Positions 37,093 to 46,953 of a DNA stretch of 64,000 nucleotides are shown here, piece by piece. Origin of the DNA: an uncultured Clostridia bacterium (GTDB lineage Bacteria; Bacillota; Clostridia; TANB77; CAG-508); contig CAKPGM010000001.1 in NCBI GenBank assembly GCA_934154805.1, forward strand, positions 74,711 to 138,710. Reading direction: 5' to 3'. A program made the position numbers and the translations under genes. The notes under the pieces are model-generated. The model saw only the letters and a list, made by a program, of their open reading frames with translations. It was not told the origin of the DNA and made no database searches. Position 1 is the stretch's first letter. The number at the start of each line of letters is the position of its first letter.

Positions 37093-37536
37093 ATGAGAGT
37101 TGTTATTCAAAGAGTTAAAAATGCAAGTGTCGAAATTGATAATAAAATTAATGGTAAAATAAATACAGGTTTTTTAGTTTTACTTGGAATTGCTTCCACA
37201 GATACTAAACAAGATGTGGATTATTTAGTAAAGAAAGTGGTAAATTTAAGAGTTTTTTCTGATGAAAATGATAAGATGAACTTAGCATTAAAAGATATTA
37301 ATGGTGAGCTTTTAATTATTTCTCAATTCACTTTATATGGTAATTGTAAAGATGGAAATAGGCCTTCTTTTATTGAAGCAGCTAGACCAGATGTTGCTAT
37401 TCCTTTATATGAGTACTTTGTAGAGGAATGTAGAAAACAAATTTCAGTTGTTGAAACTGGAGTTTTTGGTGCAGATATGAAAGTGTCTCTTTTAAATGAT
37501 GGACCTGTTACTATTATAATTGAATCAAAAAAATAG
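37093..37536 (+). CDS. dtd: D-aminoacyl-tRNA deacylase
   Basis: Start moved to MRVVIQRVKNASV (RBS GGAGGA). 147 aa. SQFTLYG motif. Confidence 0.9.
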   Translation: MRVVIQRVKNASVEIDNKINGKINTGFLVLLGIASTDTKQDVDYLVKKVVNLRVFSDENDKMNLALKDINGELLIISQFTLYGNCKDGNRPSFIEAARPDVAIPLYEYFVEECRKQISVVETGVFGADMKVSLLNDGPVTIIIESKK

Positions 37537-37594
37537 ATTCTTATTAAAAAACAAGCATACGTTTTTTATAATTGTATGCTTGTTTTTATGTTTT

Positions 37595-38053
37595 TTATTT
37601 TCTCGCCCTTAGTTCTTTAAAAAATTGTTGCAATATTGTTTTGCATTCTTCTTGCATAATTCCTGTTTCAACTTGTACAGTGTGATTAAATTTATAATCC
37701 GATAATAAGTTTAGTACAGATCCACAGGCACCTGTTTTTTCATCCATTGTTCCTATTACTACTTTATCTATTCTTGCTTGGATTAGGCTTCCTGCACACA
37801 TGCTACAAGGTTCTAATGTCACATACATTGTGCAACCAGATAATCTCCAAGTCTGCAATTTTTTACTAGCTTTCTGTATAGCTATTATTTCTGCATGCTT
37901 TGTAGGATCGGTCTTGGTTTCTTTTATATTATGACCTCTTGCAATTATCTTTCCCTCTTTTACAATTACTGCTCCTACAGGTATTTCGTCCTTTTGATAT
38001 GATTTTTTTGCTTCCTTTAAAGCTTCTTTCATAAATTTTATATTTTCATCCAT
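37595..38053 (-). CDS. tadA: tRNA-specific adenosine deaminase
   Basis: Start moved to MDENIKFMKEAL. HAEIIA and PCSMCAG zinc motifs. Confidence 0.9.
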   Translation of the reverse strand: MDENIKFMKEALKEAKKSYQKDEIPVGAVIVKEGKIIARGHNIKETKTDPTKHAEIIAIQKASKKLQTWRLSGCTMYVTLEPCSMCAGSLIQARIDKVVIGTMDEKTGACGSVLNLLSDYKFNHTVQVETGIMQEECKTILQQFFKELRARK

Positions 38054-38191
38054 TTCGTTTCTCCCTGCTATTATATTAACATATATTTTTTTCTTTATCA
38101 AATTTGGTTTTATTGTTGATAATTTATTTATATTATGTAATAATGGTTATAGTTTTTTAGATTCGTTTCTAAAATGAAAGGGGATTTTTTG

Positions 38192-39928
38192 ATGAAAAAA
38201 TTTTTAAAAACTTTTTTTATCACTTTATTTGCTTTAATATTATTTTCACTTGGGAAAAATGTTTTTGCAAGTTCTATTGACAAAATTTCAATGGATATTT
38301 ATGTTGATAGTAGTGGAGACGCACATGTTACAGAAGTTTGGGATTGTTATCCAACACAAGGTACGGAGGTTTATCATCCTTATTATAATTTAGGAAATTC
38401 TGTAATTAAAGACCTTACTGTTAGTGAAGATAATAATACTTATACTAGTTTGTCTTCTTGGAATACATCCGGTTCTTTATCTAGCAAAGCAAATAAATGC
38501 GGAATAAACAAGATTTCAAACGGAGTTGAACTTTGCTGGGGAATTGGTAGCTATGGAAGTCATACTTATACTGTAGAGTATATTATTACAAATTTTGTTG
38601 CAGAACTATCAGATAGTCAAATGATTTATTGGACTTTAATTCCTTATGATTTCTCAAATCCTATTGGAAGTGTTTATATTAAGATTTATACCGATTCTCC
38701 TATCGCTGATGATATTGATGTCTGGGGATATGGAAATTATGGTGGAACAGCTTATGTTTATGATGGATATATTGAAATGCAATCAGATGGTCGATTGGCT
38801 TCTAGCGAATATATGACCATTTTAGTAAAGTTTCCTTTAGGAACTTTTAATACTACTAATGAATTAGATTATGATTTTAATCATTATCTTGATATGGCTC
38901 AAGAAGGTGCAACTTCTTATAAAGGTAGTGGATTGTCTAGTTCATCTGGGCCTTTAGGTTTTAGAGCAATATTATATCCAATATTGAATTTTCTTCCTTA
39001 TATAATCTTTTTAGTAATTGGTATTGGTTCTTCTATTATGGGATATCATAAATCTGATGCTAGTTTTGATAAAGAAGGTAAAAAATTAATTAGAAGAAGC
39101 GATTCTTATTATAGAGATATTCCTTGTAATAAAGATATATACAGAGCTTATTGTATCGGATCTTTGTACGGAATAATCAGAAATAAAACCGATTTATTAG
39201 GTGCAGTTATTTTAAAATGGCTTAAGGATGGTCTTATTAGAGTTGAAAAGAGAGAATCTGGCGGTGTTTTTAGTAGAGAAAATAGTGTTGTTGTTTTAAA
39301 TGAATGCAATCCTGATGTAATCACTCTTCCTAAAGAAAGAGAATTATTCGATATGCTTTACCAAGCAAGTAAAGATGGTATTCTTGAAGGAAAAGAATTA
39401 GAAAAATGGTGTAAAAACCACTATTCAAAAATTCTTGGTTGGTTTGATATTATGTATGCCCATGAGAAAAAGAAATTAAAAGAGCAAGGCTTAATACAAA
39501 ATGCCAAAGGAAAGTTTTTAGGTATCATTTCATATAAATACCTTGTTTCAACTCCTGAACTTCGCGAAGAAGCCTCTAACCTTGCTGGTTTAAAGCGTTA
39601 CTTAAACGATTATTCTTTAATCCATGATAGAGAGGCTATTGAGGTTAATCTATTTGAGGAATATTTGATATTCGCTCAGATTATGGGAATTGCTAAAAAG
39701 GTTGCTAAACAGTTTAAGGATTTATATCCTACTGTTATTGAAGAATCAAATTTTGATTCTTATGATACTTTTATGTTTATTCATACTTGTTCATATAACG
39801 GTATTTCCCAGGCTTCAGCAGCTCAGTCCAGAGCCGAAAGTTATTCTTCCGGTGGAGGAGGATTCTCTTCTGGCGGAGGCGGTGGCGGTTCCTTCGGCGG
39901 TGGTGGAGGCGGCGGAGGTTTCCGTTAA
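38192..39928 (+). CDS. DUF2207-family membrane protein with Gly-rich C-terminal tail
   Basis: Signal peptide, central TM segments, and the C-terminus SSGGGGFSSGGGGGGSFGGGGGGGGFR typical of DUF2207. Confidence 0.7.
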   Translation: MKKFLKTFFITLFALILFSLGKNVFASSIDKISMDIYVDSSGDAHVTEVWDCYPTQGTEVYHPYYNLGNSVIKDLTVSEDNNTYTSLSSWNTSGSLSSKANKCGINKISNGVELCWGIGSYGSHTYTVEYIITNFVAELSDSQMIYWTLIPYDFSNPIGSVYIKIYTDSPIADDIDVWGYGNYGGTAYVYDGYIEMQSDGRLASSEYMTILVKFPLGTFNTTNELDYDFNHYLDMAQEGATSYKGSGLSSSSGPLGFRAILYPILNFLPYIIFLVIGIGSSIMGYHKSDASFDKEGKKLIRRSDSYYRDIPCNKDIYRAYCIGSLYGIIRNKTDLLGAVILKWLKDGLIRVEKRESGGVFSRENSVVVLNECNPDVITLPKERELFDMLYQASKDGILEGKELEKWCKNHYSKILGWFDIMYAHEKKKLKEQGLIQNAKGKFLGIISYKYLVSTPELREEASNLAGLKRYLNDYSLIHDREAIEVNLFEEYLIFAQIMGIAKKVAKQFKDLYPTVIEESNFDSYDTFMFIHTCSYNGISQASAAQSRAESYSSGGGGFSSGGGGGGSFGGGGGGGGFR

Positions 39929-40046
39929 ACCATAAGTAAAAAATAAAGAGCATATAATTTTTATATGTGTCTTTATTTTTTTATGTTTTATATATATATA
40001 ATTTGTGATATAATATTATAAACTACAAAAGAAAGGATTTACTTTT

Positions 40047-40886
40047 ATGGCAAGATACGTTGCAAAGCACGCTAAAGAGAATCATAAACATAAAAAGAGA
40101 ATAAATTTTTTAGCTATTATTAGTATAATATTTATATCTTTAATTGTTTACTCTGCATATAAAATTTTAGACTGGTCAAAGGATTCTAATAATATTAATA
40201 CTGAAATTTCCGATATTTCTAATATTGTGGCTGTGCAAGAAAATACTGGAGAAGAAACAGTTATTGAATCTACCGAGGATGCGGCTAACCCTTACTGGGA
40301 TTATATAAAAATGAATTTAATTGATGTGAATTTTTCAGAATTAGAAGATATTAATAGTGATGTTTGTGGATGGATTCAAGTTAATGGAACAAATATTAAC
40401 TATCCTTTTGTACAGACTAATAATAATGATTATTATTTAACTCATTCTTTTTATAAGGATTATAACGAAGCCGGCTGGGTATTTTTAGATTACAGAAATA
40501 ATATTCAATCACTTCATCAAAATACTATTATTTATGCACACTCAAGAATAGATACTACTATGTTCGGTTCTTTAAAGAAATTATTAAATAGTAATTGGTA
40601 TAATGATAAAAATAATCATATTATAAAGCTATCTACTAAAAATCAAAATACCCTATGGCAGGTATTTAGTGTATATCACATTCCTACCACGAGTGATTAT
40701 TTAAAGGTAGATTTTGATTCACCAGAACAGTTTTCTAATTTTGCTAAAATGTTGCAAGATAGAAGTGTTTACAGTTTTAATACTTCTGTTGGTGGTAATG
40801 ATAAAATTCTTACTCTTTCTACTTGTTACAGTAATGGAGAAAAGATGGTTATGCATGCTAAATTAATTAAGTATTCAAATAAATGA
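40047..40886 (+). CDS. srtB: class B sortase
   Basis: 279 aa. N-terminal TM segment, catalytic TLSTC motif and YAHS histidine region. Confidence 0.85.
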   Translation: MARYVAKHAKENHKHKKRINFLAIISIIFISLIVYSAYKILDWSKDSNNINTEISDISNIVAVQENTGEETVIESTEDAANPYWDYIKMNLIDVNFSELEDINSDVCGWIQVNGTNINYPFVQTNNNDYYLTHSFYKDYNEAGWVFLDYRNNIQSLHQNTIIYAHSRIDTTMFGSLKKLLNSNWYNDKNNHIIKLSTKNQNTLWQVFSVYHIPTTSDYLKVDFDSPEQFSNFAKMLQDRSVYSFNTSVGGNDKILTLSTCYSNGEKMVMHAKLIKYSNK

Positions 40887-40923
40887 TAAAAAATATCCCC
40901 GTAGTACTTATGCACTACGGGGA
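40887..40923. terminator. bidirectional terminator
   Basis: 10-bp stem tccccgtagt / actacgggga between convergent genes. Confidence 0.7.
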
Positions 40924-40974
40924 ACTAATAAGCCTCTACTTAATTATTTATTGGCTAATTAGATTGATTGATGT

Positions 40975-41625
40975 TCATGCTTCCTGATTAGGTATCACAT
41001 ACTTTTCAGGATGAACGGTTCTGGTGTATCCAGCCTCAATAAGTTGGTTCACCATTTCGTTGATTACCCTCTTTGTTTTTACAAGGAATGTCCTTCCATA
41101 CTCGTCACAGATAACAAGAGTTCTGTCATCTACCACGATATAAGTCCCCACATTTTCTCTGAATTCACGAGGTAAGAACAATCTTGTCATTGCAAGATAT
41201 GTGTTCTTAGTTTCTGCGTCCTGAAATCTTTCGATTTCTTTAATCTGGATTTTCTGTTCAAAATCACCAAGGGCTTTCACGCCTTTTTCATTAGCTTTTT
41301 TTAAAGCTATTTCAAATGTTTCTGCCCAGTTTTCTTCAGTGGCAATTTTGCAAAGCCACTTATACGCTTCAGGTCGTTCCTCTCCCTTACTAAATGGAAC
41401 CCTCATATACAGGTCCCTATACCCAGCAGATTTTAGAATGCCATTGATTTCGCTTCTGTACGGAGTTACCAGTACATCTCCATGATTGTCACAATATGCG
41501 ATGTGTCCATTTGCACACCATTTGGTCATTGGGGTTGCTCTCCGATCTGTCAAATATGAAAATTTGTACAGGTCGTTGATGTCTCTTAACCGGACATGCT
41601 TAATGGGTTCGTTGAACATAAACAT
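40975..41625 (-). CDS. hypothetical protein in a compositionally foreign (about 40% G+C) segment
   Basis: The listed ORF runs to 41718, but only the internal ATG (MFMFNEPIKHV) has a purine-rich RBS (GAAAGAGAG). No family recognised. G+C hand-counted at 37-42% on two 60-nt lines, against about 18-35% nearby. Confidence 0.5.
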   Translation of the reverse strand: MFMFNEPIKHVRLRDINDLYKFSYLTDRRATPMTKWCANGHIAYCDNHGDVLVTPYRSEINGILKSAGYRDLYMRVPFSKGEERPEAYKWLCKIATEENWAETFEIALKKANEKGVKALGDFEQKIQIKEIERFQDAETKNTYLAMTRLFLPREFRENVGTYIVVDDRTLVICDEYGRTFLVKTKRVINEMVNQLIEAGYTRTVHPEKYVIPNQEA

Positions 41626-41746
41626 CTCTCTTTCTGCCACAATTCGTGGCTTAAAATTATTACATACTTCTGAGAAGTATGGTAGCCCTTTTGGGCTTAC
41701 ATTTATATTATACCACATTATGTAAATTTTTACAATTTTTCTCTTT

Positions 41747-41897
41747 TGTGTGCCAAAAGGGAATCGTCGAGCCTCGTCCTAAAAATAGTCCACCCGGACT
41801 ATTTTTGCCCTCTCTTCTTTCGGGCACGTCCTTTTCGATTCCTCCATCTAAAGCAACGCAAAAAATATAACCATAGCTTTGCTATGGCTCTATTTTT
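41747..41897 (-). repeat. degenerate tandem unit 1 ending in a copy of the last ~20 nt of tRNA-Arg
   Basis: tgtgtgccaaaagggaatcg (41747-41766) copies 42026-42046 with one G missing. Contains hairpin aaaaatagtcc-accc-ggactattttt (41781-41806) and terminator-like hairpin ccatagc-ttt-gctatgg (41871-41887). Confidence 0.7.
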
Positions 41898-42025
41898 TGG
41901 TGTGCCAAAAGGGAATCGCCGAGCCGCGTCGGGAAAAATGTCCACCCGGACATTTTTCTGTTCCTCCTTTTCGATTCCCTGATTCAAGAGCACACAAAAA
42001 AAATCATGGCTTCGCCATGACTTTT
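41898..42025 (-). repeat. degenerate tandem unit 2 ending in an exact 21-nt copy of the tRNA-Arg 3' end
   Basis: tggtgtgccaaaagggaatcg (41898-41918) is identical to 42026-42046. Contains hairpin aaaaatgtcc-accc-ggacattttt (41934-41957). Shares tccttttcgattcc with unit 1. Confidence 0.7.
41995..42021 (-). terminator. rho-independent terminator directly after tRNA-Arg
   Basis: tcatggc ttc gccatga stem, then a run of 9 T on the minus strand. Confidence 0.75.
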
Positions 42026-42102
42026 TGGTGTGCCAAAAGGGAATCGAACCCCCGACCTCTCCCTTAGGAGGGGAGCGCTCTATCCTACTGAGCTATTGAC
42101 AC
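42026..42102 (-). tRNA. tRNA-Arg (anticodon CCU)
   Basis: The minus strand reads GTGTCAATAGCTCAGTAGGATAGAGCGCTCCCCTCCTAAGGGAGAGGTCGGGGGTTCGATTCCCTTTTGGCACACCA. 7-bp acceptor stem, anticodon loop CU-CCU-AA. Confidence 0.9.
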
Positions 42103-42114
42103 ATTTACTTTATT

Positions 42115-42143
42115 ATAATATCATTCTGCTTGACATAAGTCAA
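42115..42143 (-). promoter_or_regulatory. promoter TTGACT-17 nt-TATTAT for tRNA-Arg
   Basis: -35 = 42143-42138, -10 = 42120-42115, 12 nt before the tRNA 5' end. Confidence 0.55.
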
Positions 42144-42219
42144 TATTTTTTAACGTTTTCTCTTTATATTCCGGCTTTTTTGTGCTATAATAGTTTTTGT
42201 TTATTAAGGAGATTTAATT

Positions 42220-42957
42220 ATGAAACATATTTTGAGTTATATGCGTAAGGCTATTGAAGATTATAATATGATAGAAGATGGAGATAAAATTGCAGTTGCT
42301 TTATCTGGTGGCAAGGATTCTATTACTATGCTTAAAGCTTTAAAGAATCTTCAAATTTTTTACCCTAAAAAGTTTGAATTAATTGCTATTAGTGTAAATC
42401 CAGGTTTTGAGTTTTTTGATTCTGCTTTTTTGCAGAAGACTTGTGATGATATTGGCGTTCCTTTTTTTGAAGAGAAGTATGATATTAAAACTATTGTTTT
42501 CGAGGATAGAAAAGAGAAAAATCCTTGTTCTTTGTGTGCAAATTTAAGAAGAGGAATTCTTAATTCTGCTGCTAAACGTGAGCATTGTAATAAGCTTGCT
42601 TTGGGTCATAATTTAGATGATGTTTTAGAAACTTTTTTAATGAATTTGTTTTTTGCAGGTAGCTTGTCTACTTTTGCACCTGTTACTTATATGGACAGGT
42701 CTGGTATGACTGTTATTAGACCTTTGGTTTATACTCCTGAAAAAGAAACTAAGAGATTTGTTAGAAAAAATAATATTTCTGTTATGCCTAAGGTTTGCCC
42801 TATGGATGGACATTCTACAAGAGAAGATATGAAAAATTTAATTGTTTCTCTTTCTGTAAAAAATCCATATGTTAAAGCTAGTATTATTGGTGCAATTAAA
42901 CGAAATAACATTAATGGTTGGAAAGATGTTGCAAAACACGAAAAAAATAATGGCTAG
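42220..42957 (+). CDS. ttcA: PP-loop ATPase, tRNA 2-thiocytidine biosynthesis TtcA family
   Basis: 245 aa. SGGKDS PP-loop and CSLCANLRRG motif. Confidence 0.8.
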   Translation: MKHILSYMRKAIEDYNMIEDGDKIAVALSGGKDSITMLKALKNLQIFYPKKFELIAISVNPGFEFFDSAFLQKTCDDIGVPFFEEKYDIKTIVFEDRKEKNPCSLCANLRRGILNSAAKREHCNKLALGHNLDDVLETFLMNLFFAGSLSTFAPVTYMDRSGMTVIRPLVYTPEKETKRFVRKNNISVMPKVCPMDGHSTREDMKNLIVSLSVKNPYVKASIIGAIKRNNINGWKDVAKHEKNNG

Positions 42958-42979
42958 GATTTCTCCTGCCATTATTTTT

Positions 42980-44704
42980 TTATTGTCCTAATGTTTTTAC
43001 TTTTTCTGCAAGTTCTTTTAAACTCTTTTCTGCATCTTCCATATTGCTTTCTTTTATTCCTATATAGAATTTGATTTTTGGTTCTGTTCCTGATGGTCTA
43101 ACGCAACACCAAGCATCATTGTTTAGATCAAAGTATAATACATTTGATGTTGGTAGATTTGTATTTTCTACATTTCCTGTTTCTAGGTCTTTTATTGTTC
43201 CTTGTTTGTAATCTCTAAATTTTAAGACTTTATATTTTCCTAATTGAGTTATTGGGTTTTGTCTAATGTTTTCCATTATTTGTTTTATTTCATCAGCACC
43301 ACTTATTCCCTCTTTTGTTACTGAAACAGTAAGTTCTTTGTAGTATCCATATTTTTCGTATATGTTCATCATTTGATCCCATAGAGTATAACCTTTTGTT
43401 TTGTAATATGCTGCTGCTTCACATAGTGCCATTACTGCTGCTATTCCGTCCTTGTCTCTTGCGTGTGTTCCTACCAAGCATCCGTAGCTTTCTTCAAATC
43501 CAAACATATATGTATTTTCTCCGGTTTGTTCAAATAATCTCATTTGCTCTCCTATATATTTGAATCCTGTTAATACTTCAACTAGTTTTAAGTTATATTC
43601 TTTTGCTATTGCATCTGCTAAGTTTGATGATACTATTGTTTTTATAAGAGCTCCATTTGCTGGTATCTCTCCTCTTTCTTGCTTTTGTGAAAGCTCATAT
43701 TCTGCAATTAGCAAACCTGACATATTTCCTGTGAATGAATGATATTCTCCTGTTTTTGAGTCCTTTGCATATACTCCTAATCTATCTGCATCTGGGTCAT
43801 TTGCTAGAACGACATCTGCATTTACTTTTTGGGCTAATTCTAACGCTAACTTGAAAGCTCTTTCATCTTCTGGATTTGGATAATCTACTGTTGGAAAATC
43901 TCCATCTGGTTTCTCTTGCTCTGGTACTACATAAACATTTTCAAATCCTATTTCTTTTAATATTCTTTGAACTGGTACATTTCCTGCTCCGTGTAGAGGT
44001 GTATATACTATGTTTACATCTTTTTGAACTTTTTTAATTGTGTCTAGATTTAATACTAGATTTTTTAGTGTTTCTATATACTTGTCATCCATTTCTTTTC
44101 CGATTACATTATATAATCCTTTTTTAATAGCCTCTTCTTTTGTGATTTTCTTTATTGTAGAAAAGTCTTCTATGCTATTTACTTCTGTTATTATTCCTTT
44201 ATCGTGTGGTGGAACTATTTGAGCTCCATCTTCCCAATATACTTTATATCCGTTGTATTTTGGCGGATTATGGCTTGCTGTTATCATTACTCCTGCAATG
44301 CAGTTTAGCTCTCTTACTGCAAATGATAATTCTGGAACTGGTCTTAGTTCTTCAAATACATATGTTTTTATTCCATTTGCATTTAAGCATAACGCAGTAT
44401 ATTCACTAAATTCTTTTGACATATGTCTTGAGTCATATGATATTGCAACTCCTTTGTTTTCTGAATTGTTTTTGTTTATATAATTTGCTAATCCCTGAGT
44501 TGCTTTTGTAACAGTATATTTATTCATTCTGTTACTTCCATTTCCGATTACTCCTCTTAGACCTGCTGTTCCAAATTCTAGTTCTTTGTAAAATCTGTCT
44601 TCAATTTCTGCATTGTTTCCTTCTATACTTTTTAATTCTTCTTTGGTTTCTTCATCTATTGATGGATCATTTAACCATTTATTATATTTATCTAAATAAT
44701 TCAT
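42980..44704 (-). CDS. phosphoglucomutase/phosphomannomutase family protein
   Basis: 574 aa. Active-site TASHNPPKYNGYK and Mg loop DPDADR. Confidence 0.9.
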   Translation of the reverse strand: MNYLDKYNKWLNDPSIDEETKEELKSIEGNNAEIEDRFYKELEFGTAGLRGVIGNGSNRMNKYTVTKATQGLANYINKNNSENKGVAISYDSRHMSKEFSEYTALCLNANGIKTYVFEELRPVPELSFAVRELNCIAGVMITASHNPPKYNGYKVYWEDGAQIVPPHDKGIITEVNSIEDFSTIKKITKEEAIKKGLYNVIGKEMDDKYIETLKNLVLNLDTIKKVQKDVNIVYTPLHGAGNVPVQRILKEIGFENVYVVPEQEKPDGDFPTVDYPNPEDERAFKLALELAQKVNADVVLANDPDADRLGVYAKDSKTGEYHSFTGNMSGLLIAEYELSQKQERGEIPANGALIKTIVSSNLADAIAKEYNLKLVEVLTGFKYIGEQMRLFEQTGENTYMFGFEESYGCLVGTHARDKDGIAAVMALCEAAAYYKTKGYTLWDQMMNIYEKYGYYKELTVSVTKEGISGADEIKQIMENIRQNPITQLGKYKVLKFRDYKQGTIKDLETGNVENTNLPTSNVLYFDLNNDAWCCVRPSGTEPKIKFYIGIKESNMEDAEKSLKELAEKVKTLGQ

Positions 44705-44773
44705 TCTTTCCTCCTCTATTACAAAATAAGAGTTTAAATTTGTATAACCAAACTTTAAACTCTTATATTTTAA

Positions 44774-46018
44774 TTATACATTTTTATGAAAATCGTTGTA
44801 TAATTTTCTTGCAGTTTCTGGGCTATCTACTCCCTCTGCATTTTTAACAGGCGCAAATTCCTCTTCTCTTTTTACTCTTAGTATTGCCATATCGTCTAAT
44901 GATTCAAATGCGTCAAATAAGAAAGATTCGAATTTATATGCATTTGGTTTGTCTGATGTTACTAAATTTCCATCTTTGTCTAAGTATTTTGCTTTTTTGA
45001 AAGCACTATGATATGGTAATGTATTTTTGCTTATTTCTTCAATTGCTTTTACATTGAATAAATTACAAAGTATATGTGATTCACCATATATTAAGTTTCC
45101 TTTTTCGTCTGTTGCTTCTGCCATTTCTTCTGAAATTTCGCTATATTCTACAACACTTGGTTTTCCATCTCTCTTGCAGAATACTCCTACTTTTTCGTGT
45201 GGTCCTGCTTTTACAACGCTTTTTCCTGCTGCTAATACTTTTTTCTCTATTGCAAATCCTAAGAATACTGGGTCTATCATATTAACTAAGACATTGTCTA
45301 CTCCGCCTATGAATGCCCATTCTATTCCTCTAGTTTTCATATCATATAATATTCCATTTCTGTTCATCGATAGGAATATTCCACCATGTCCATCTGCAGC
45401 CATTTTTATTAGTCCATCTTCTCCAATTAGGATTTTACCTTCTGTGTCGATCATTGGTAATTCTCCTTGTTTGAAAAATACTACTTTATCTTTTGGATAT
45501 CCAAAGAATTTATTTTTTTCAAAAAAGCTAACTGTTGCTTCGTTGTTTTCATTACTTGTCATTATGTACCAAACACAATATTCTCCATATTGTTCTTGTG
45601 CTTTTTTTAGTGTGTCACATAAGATTTCGAATATTGGCTTATGTGAGTCTAACCCTATATCAAATGTTCCTTTTGGTCCATTATGTCCTAATCTTGTTCC
45701 TTGTCCACCAGCCATTGTTACTGCTGCTAGTTTTCCAGCTTTTATTTCTTTTAATCCTATTTTCTCATAGTGCTTTAGTTCTTCGTCTGACAATGCATTT
45801 TTATCAGTATACTCTATTGGATGTATTTTTGATGATGAAAAATCCACTGTATGTCCTATTCTTTTGTATAATTCTTCAACTTGATTGAAATCTAATGTTA
45901 ATATTTCGTCTAATAATTTTGCTTTTTGATTTTGATCTAGCTTGTCATATTGACTTAGTAGCTGCTCTTGGTTGTATTTTTTTACTAATTTCTCAGCAGC
46001 TAAGTATTTTTCTTCCAT
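44774..46018 (-). CDS. UDPGP-family UTP--hexose-1-phosphate uridylyltransferase (eukaryotic-type UDP-sugar pyrophosphorylase)
   Basis: 414 aa. MAGGQGTRLGHNGPKGTF nucleotide-binding loop. Confidence 0.8.
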   Translation of the reverse strand: MEEKYLAAEKLVKKYNQEQLLSQYDKLDQNQKAKLLDEILTLDFNQVEELYKRIGHTVDFSSSKIHPIEYTDKNALSDEELKHYEKIGLKEIKAGKLAAVTMAGGQGTRLGHNGPKGTFDIGLDSHKPIFEILCDTLKKAQEQYGEYCVWYIMTSNENNEATVSFFEKNKFFGYPKDKVVFFKQGELPMIDTEGKILIGEDGLIKMAADGHGGIFLSMNRNGILYDMKTRGIEWAFIGGVDNVLVNMIDPVFLGFAIEKKVLAAGKSVVKAGPHEKVGVFCKRDGKPSVVEYSEISEEMAEATDEKGNLIYGESHILCNLFNVKAIEEISKNTLPYHSAFKKAKYLDKDGNLVTSDKPNAYKFESFLFDAFESLDDMAILRVKREEEFAPVKNAEGVDSPETARKLYNDFHKNV

Positions 46019-46112
46019 TTTGTTCTCCTTTCATTTTTTGGTTATTAATACTTATGCTACCATAATATACTATTAGAACAAATTAGTCAATTGTTTTGCA
46101 AAATTTGTACAA

Positions 46113-46148
46113 GTAAAAAATAGCACAAGATATAAAATCTCGTGCTAT
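46113..46148 (-). terminator. rho-independent terminator after the 46191-46688 gene
   Basis: atagcacaagat / atctcgtgctat stem with 1 mismatch, then a T-run on the minus strand. Confidence 0.6.
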
Positions 46149-46190
46149 TTTGTTTAACAAATTTATTCATATTTTTCTTTAGTTTTTATA

Positions 46191-46688
46191 TTAATTAGCA
46201 ATTGATATGCTACTAATATACTCTTGTTTATCTTTTTCACCTGATGTGTTTAATATTTTGTCGTGATGTTCAATTATTTCTTTTACTTTATCTTCATATT
46301 TAGTAATGTCATAACAATTAATTATTGTTATCTCTTTGTCTTTAAAATTTTCATTTATTATTTTTTCTATTCTTTTATTAATATTGTCTATATATTCAAT
46401 GTTTCCATTAATAATTATTTCGTTGTGCTCTTTTAATATGTTTTGTATTTCTTCCTCATTAACATCTTTTGTTTTCCATCCTATATTTAATATTTTTTCT
46501 TTGTTTTTTATTTTTAACTTGTCTAATAATGCTTGGATTTTTTCTGTTAAATTTGTTTCAGTTATTGTGGTAATCTTGATTCCTTTATTAATTTTTTTAT
46601 CTATATTTGGTAATAACATTGTTACTAAGTGCCAATCACTAATATAGAAACTACAAACCTTTTTAATATTTTTATCAAGTTGTGCCAT
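46191..46688 (-). CDS. hypothetical protein
   Basis: Start moved to MAQLDKNIKK (GGAGG RBS). 165 aa. The N-terminal CSFYISDWHLVTMLLPNIDKKI is faintly MEDS-like; not assigned. Confidence 0.4.
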   Translation of the reverse strand: MAQLDKNIKKVCSFYISDWHLVTMLLPNIDKKINKGIKITTITETNLTEKIQALLDKLKIKNKEKILNIGWKTKDVNEEEIQNILKEHNEIIINGNIEYIDNINKRIEKIINENFKDKEITIINCYDITKYEDKVKEIIEHHDKILNTSGEKDKQEYISSISIAN

Positions 46689-46953
46689 TGTTACCTCCAA
46701 TCTCTTTCTATGGTAAATTTTACCATCTTTACAAAATTATGTCAATAATATTACAAGATAATCGTGTGTCAATTTTCGACAGTTCTAGGACTTTTCGTGT
46801 TTATTCTATTTTTTATTTTATATTTTTACAGTATTATTGCAATTTTGTTACATCTAGTTTCTAATATTTTTTTACCATTTATGTATATTTTTAATTTTTT
46901 TAGTAAATACTTTTATTATAAATTTAGTATATTCGAAAAGGAGGACATTTATT

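Noticed and set aside
41679-42248. Five overlapping 62-78-aa ORFs on both strands
   Set aside because: They overlie tRNA-Arg, its terminator and the tandem pseudo-units. Their apparent similarity (PKGNR.., AIAKLWL) comes from the DNA repeats and hairpins, not from coding.
45027-45770. 247-aa plus-strand ORF
   Set aside because: It is an antisense shadow of the UDPGP-family gene, which has a clear nucleotide-binding loop.
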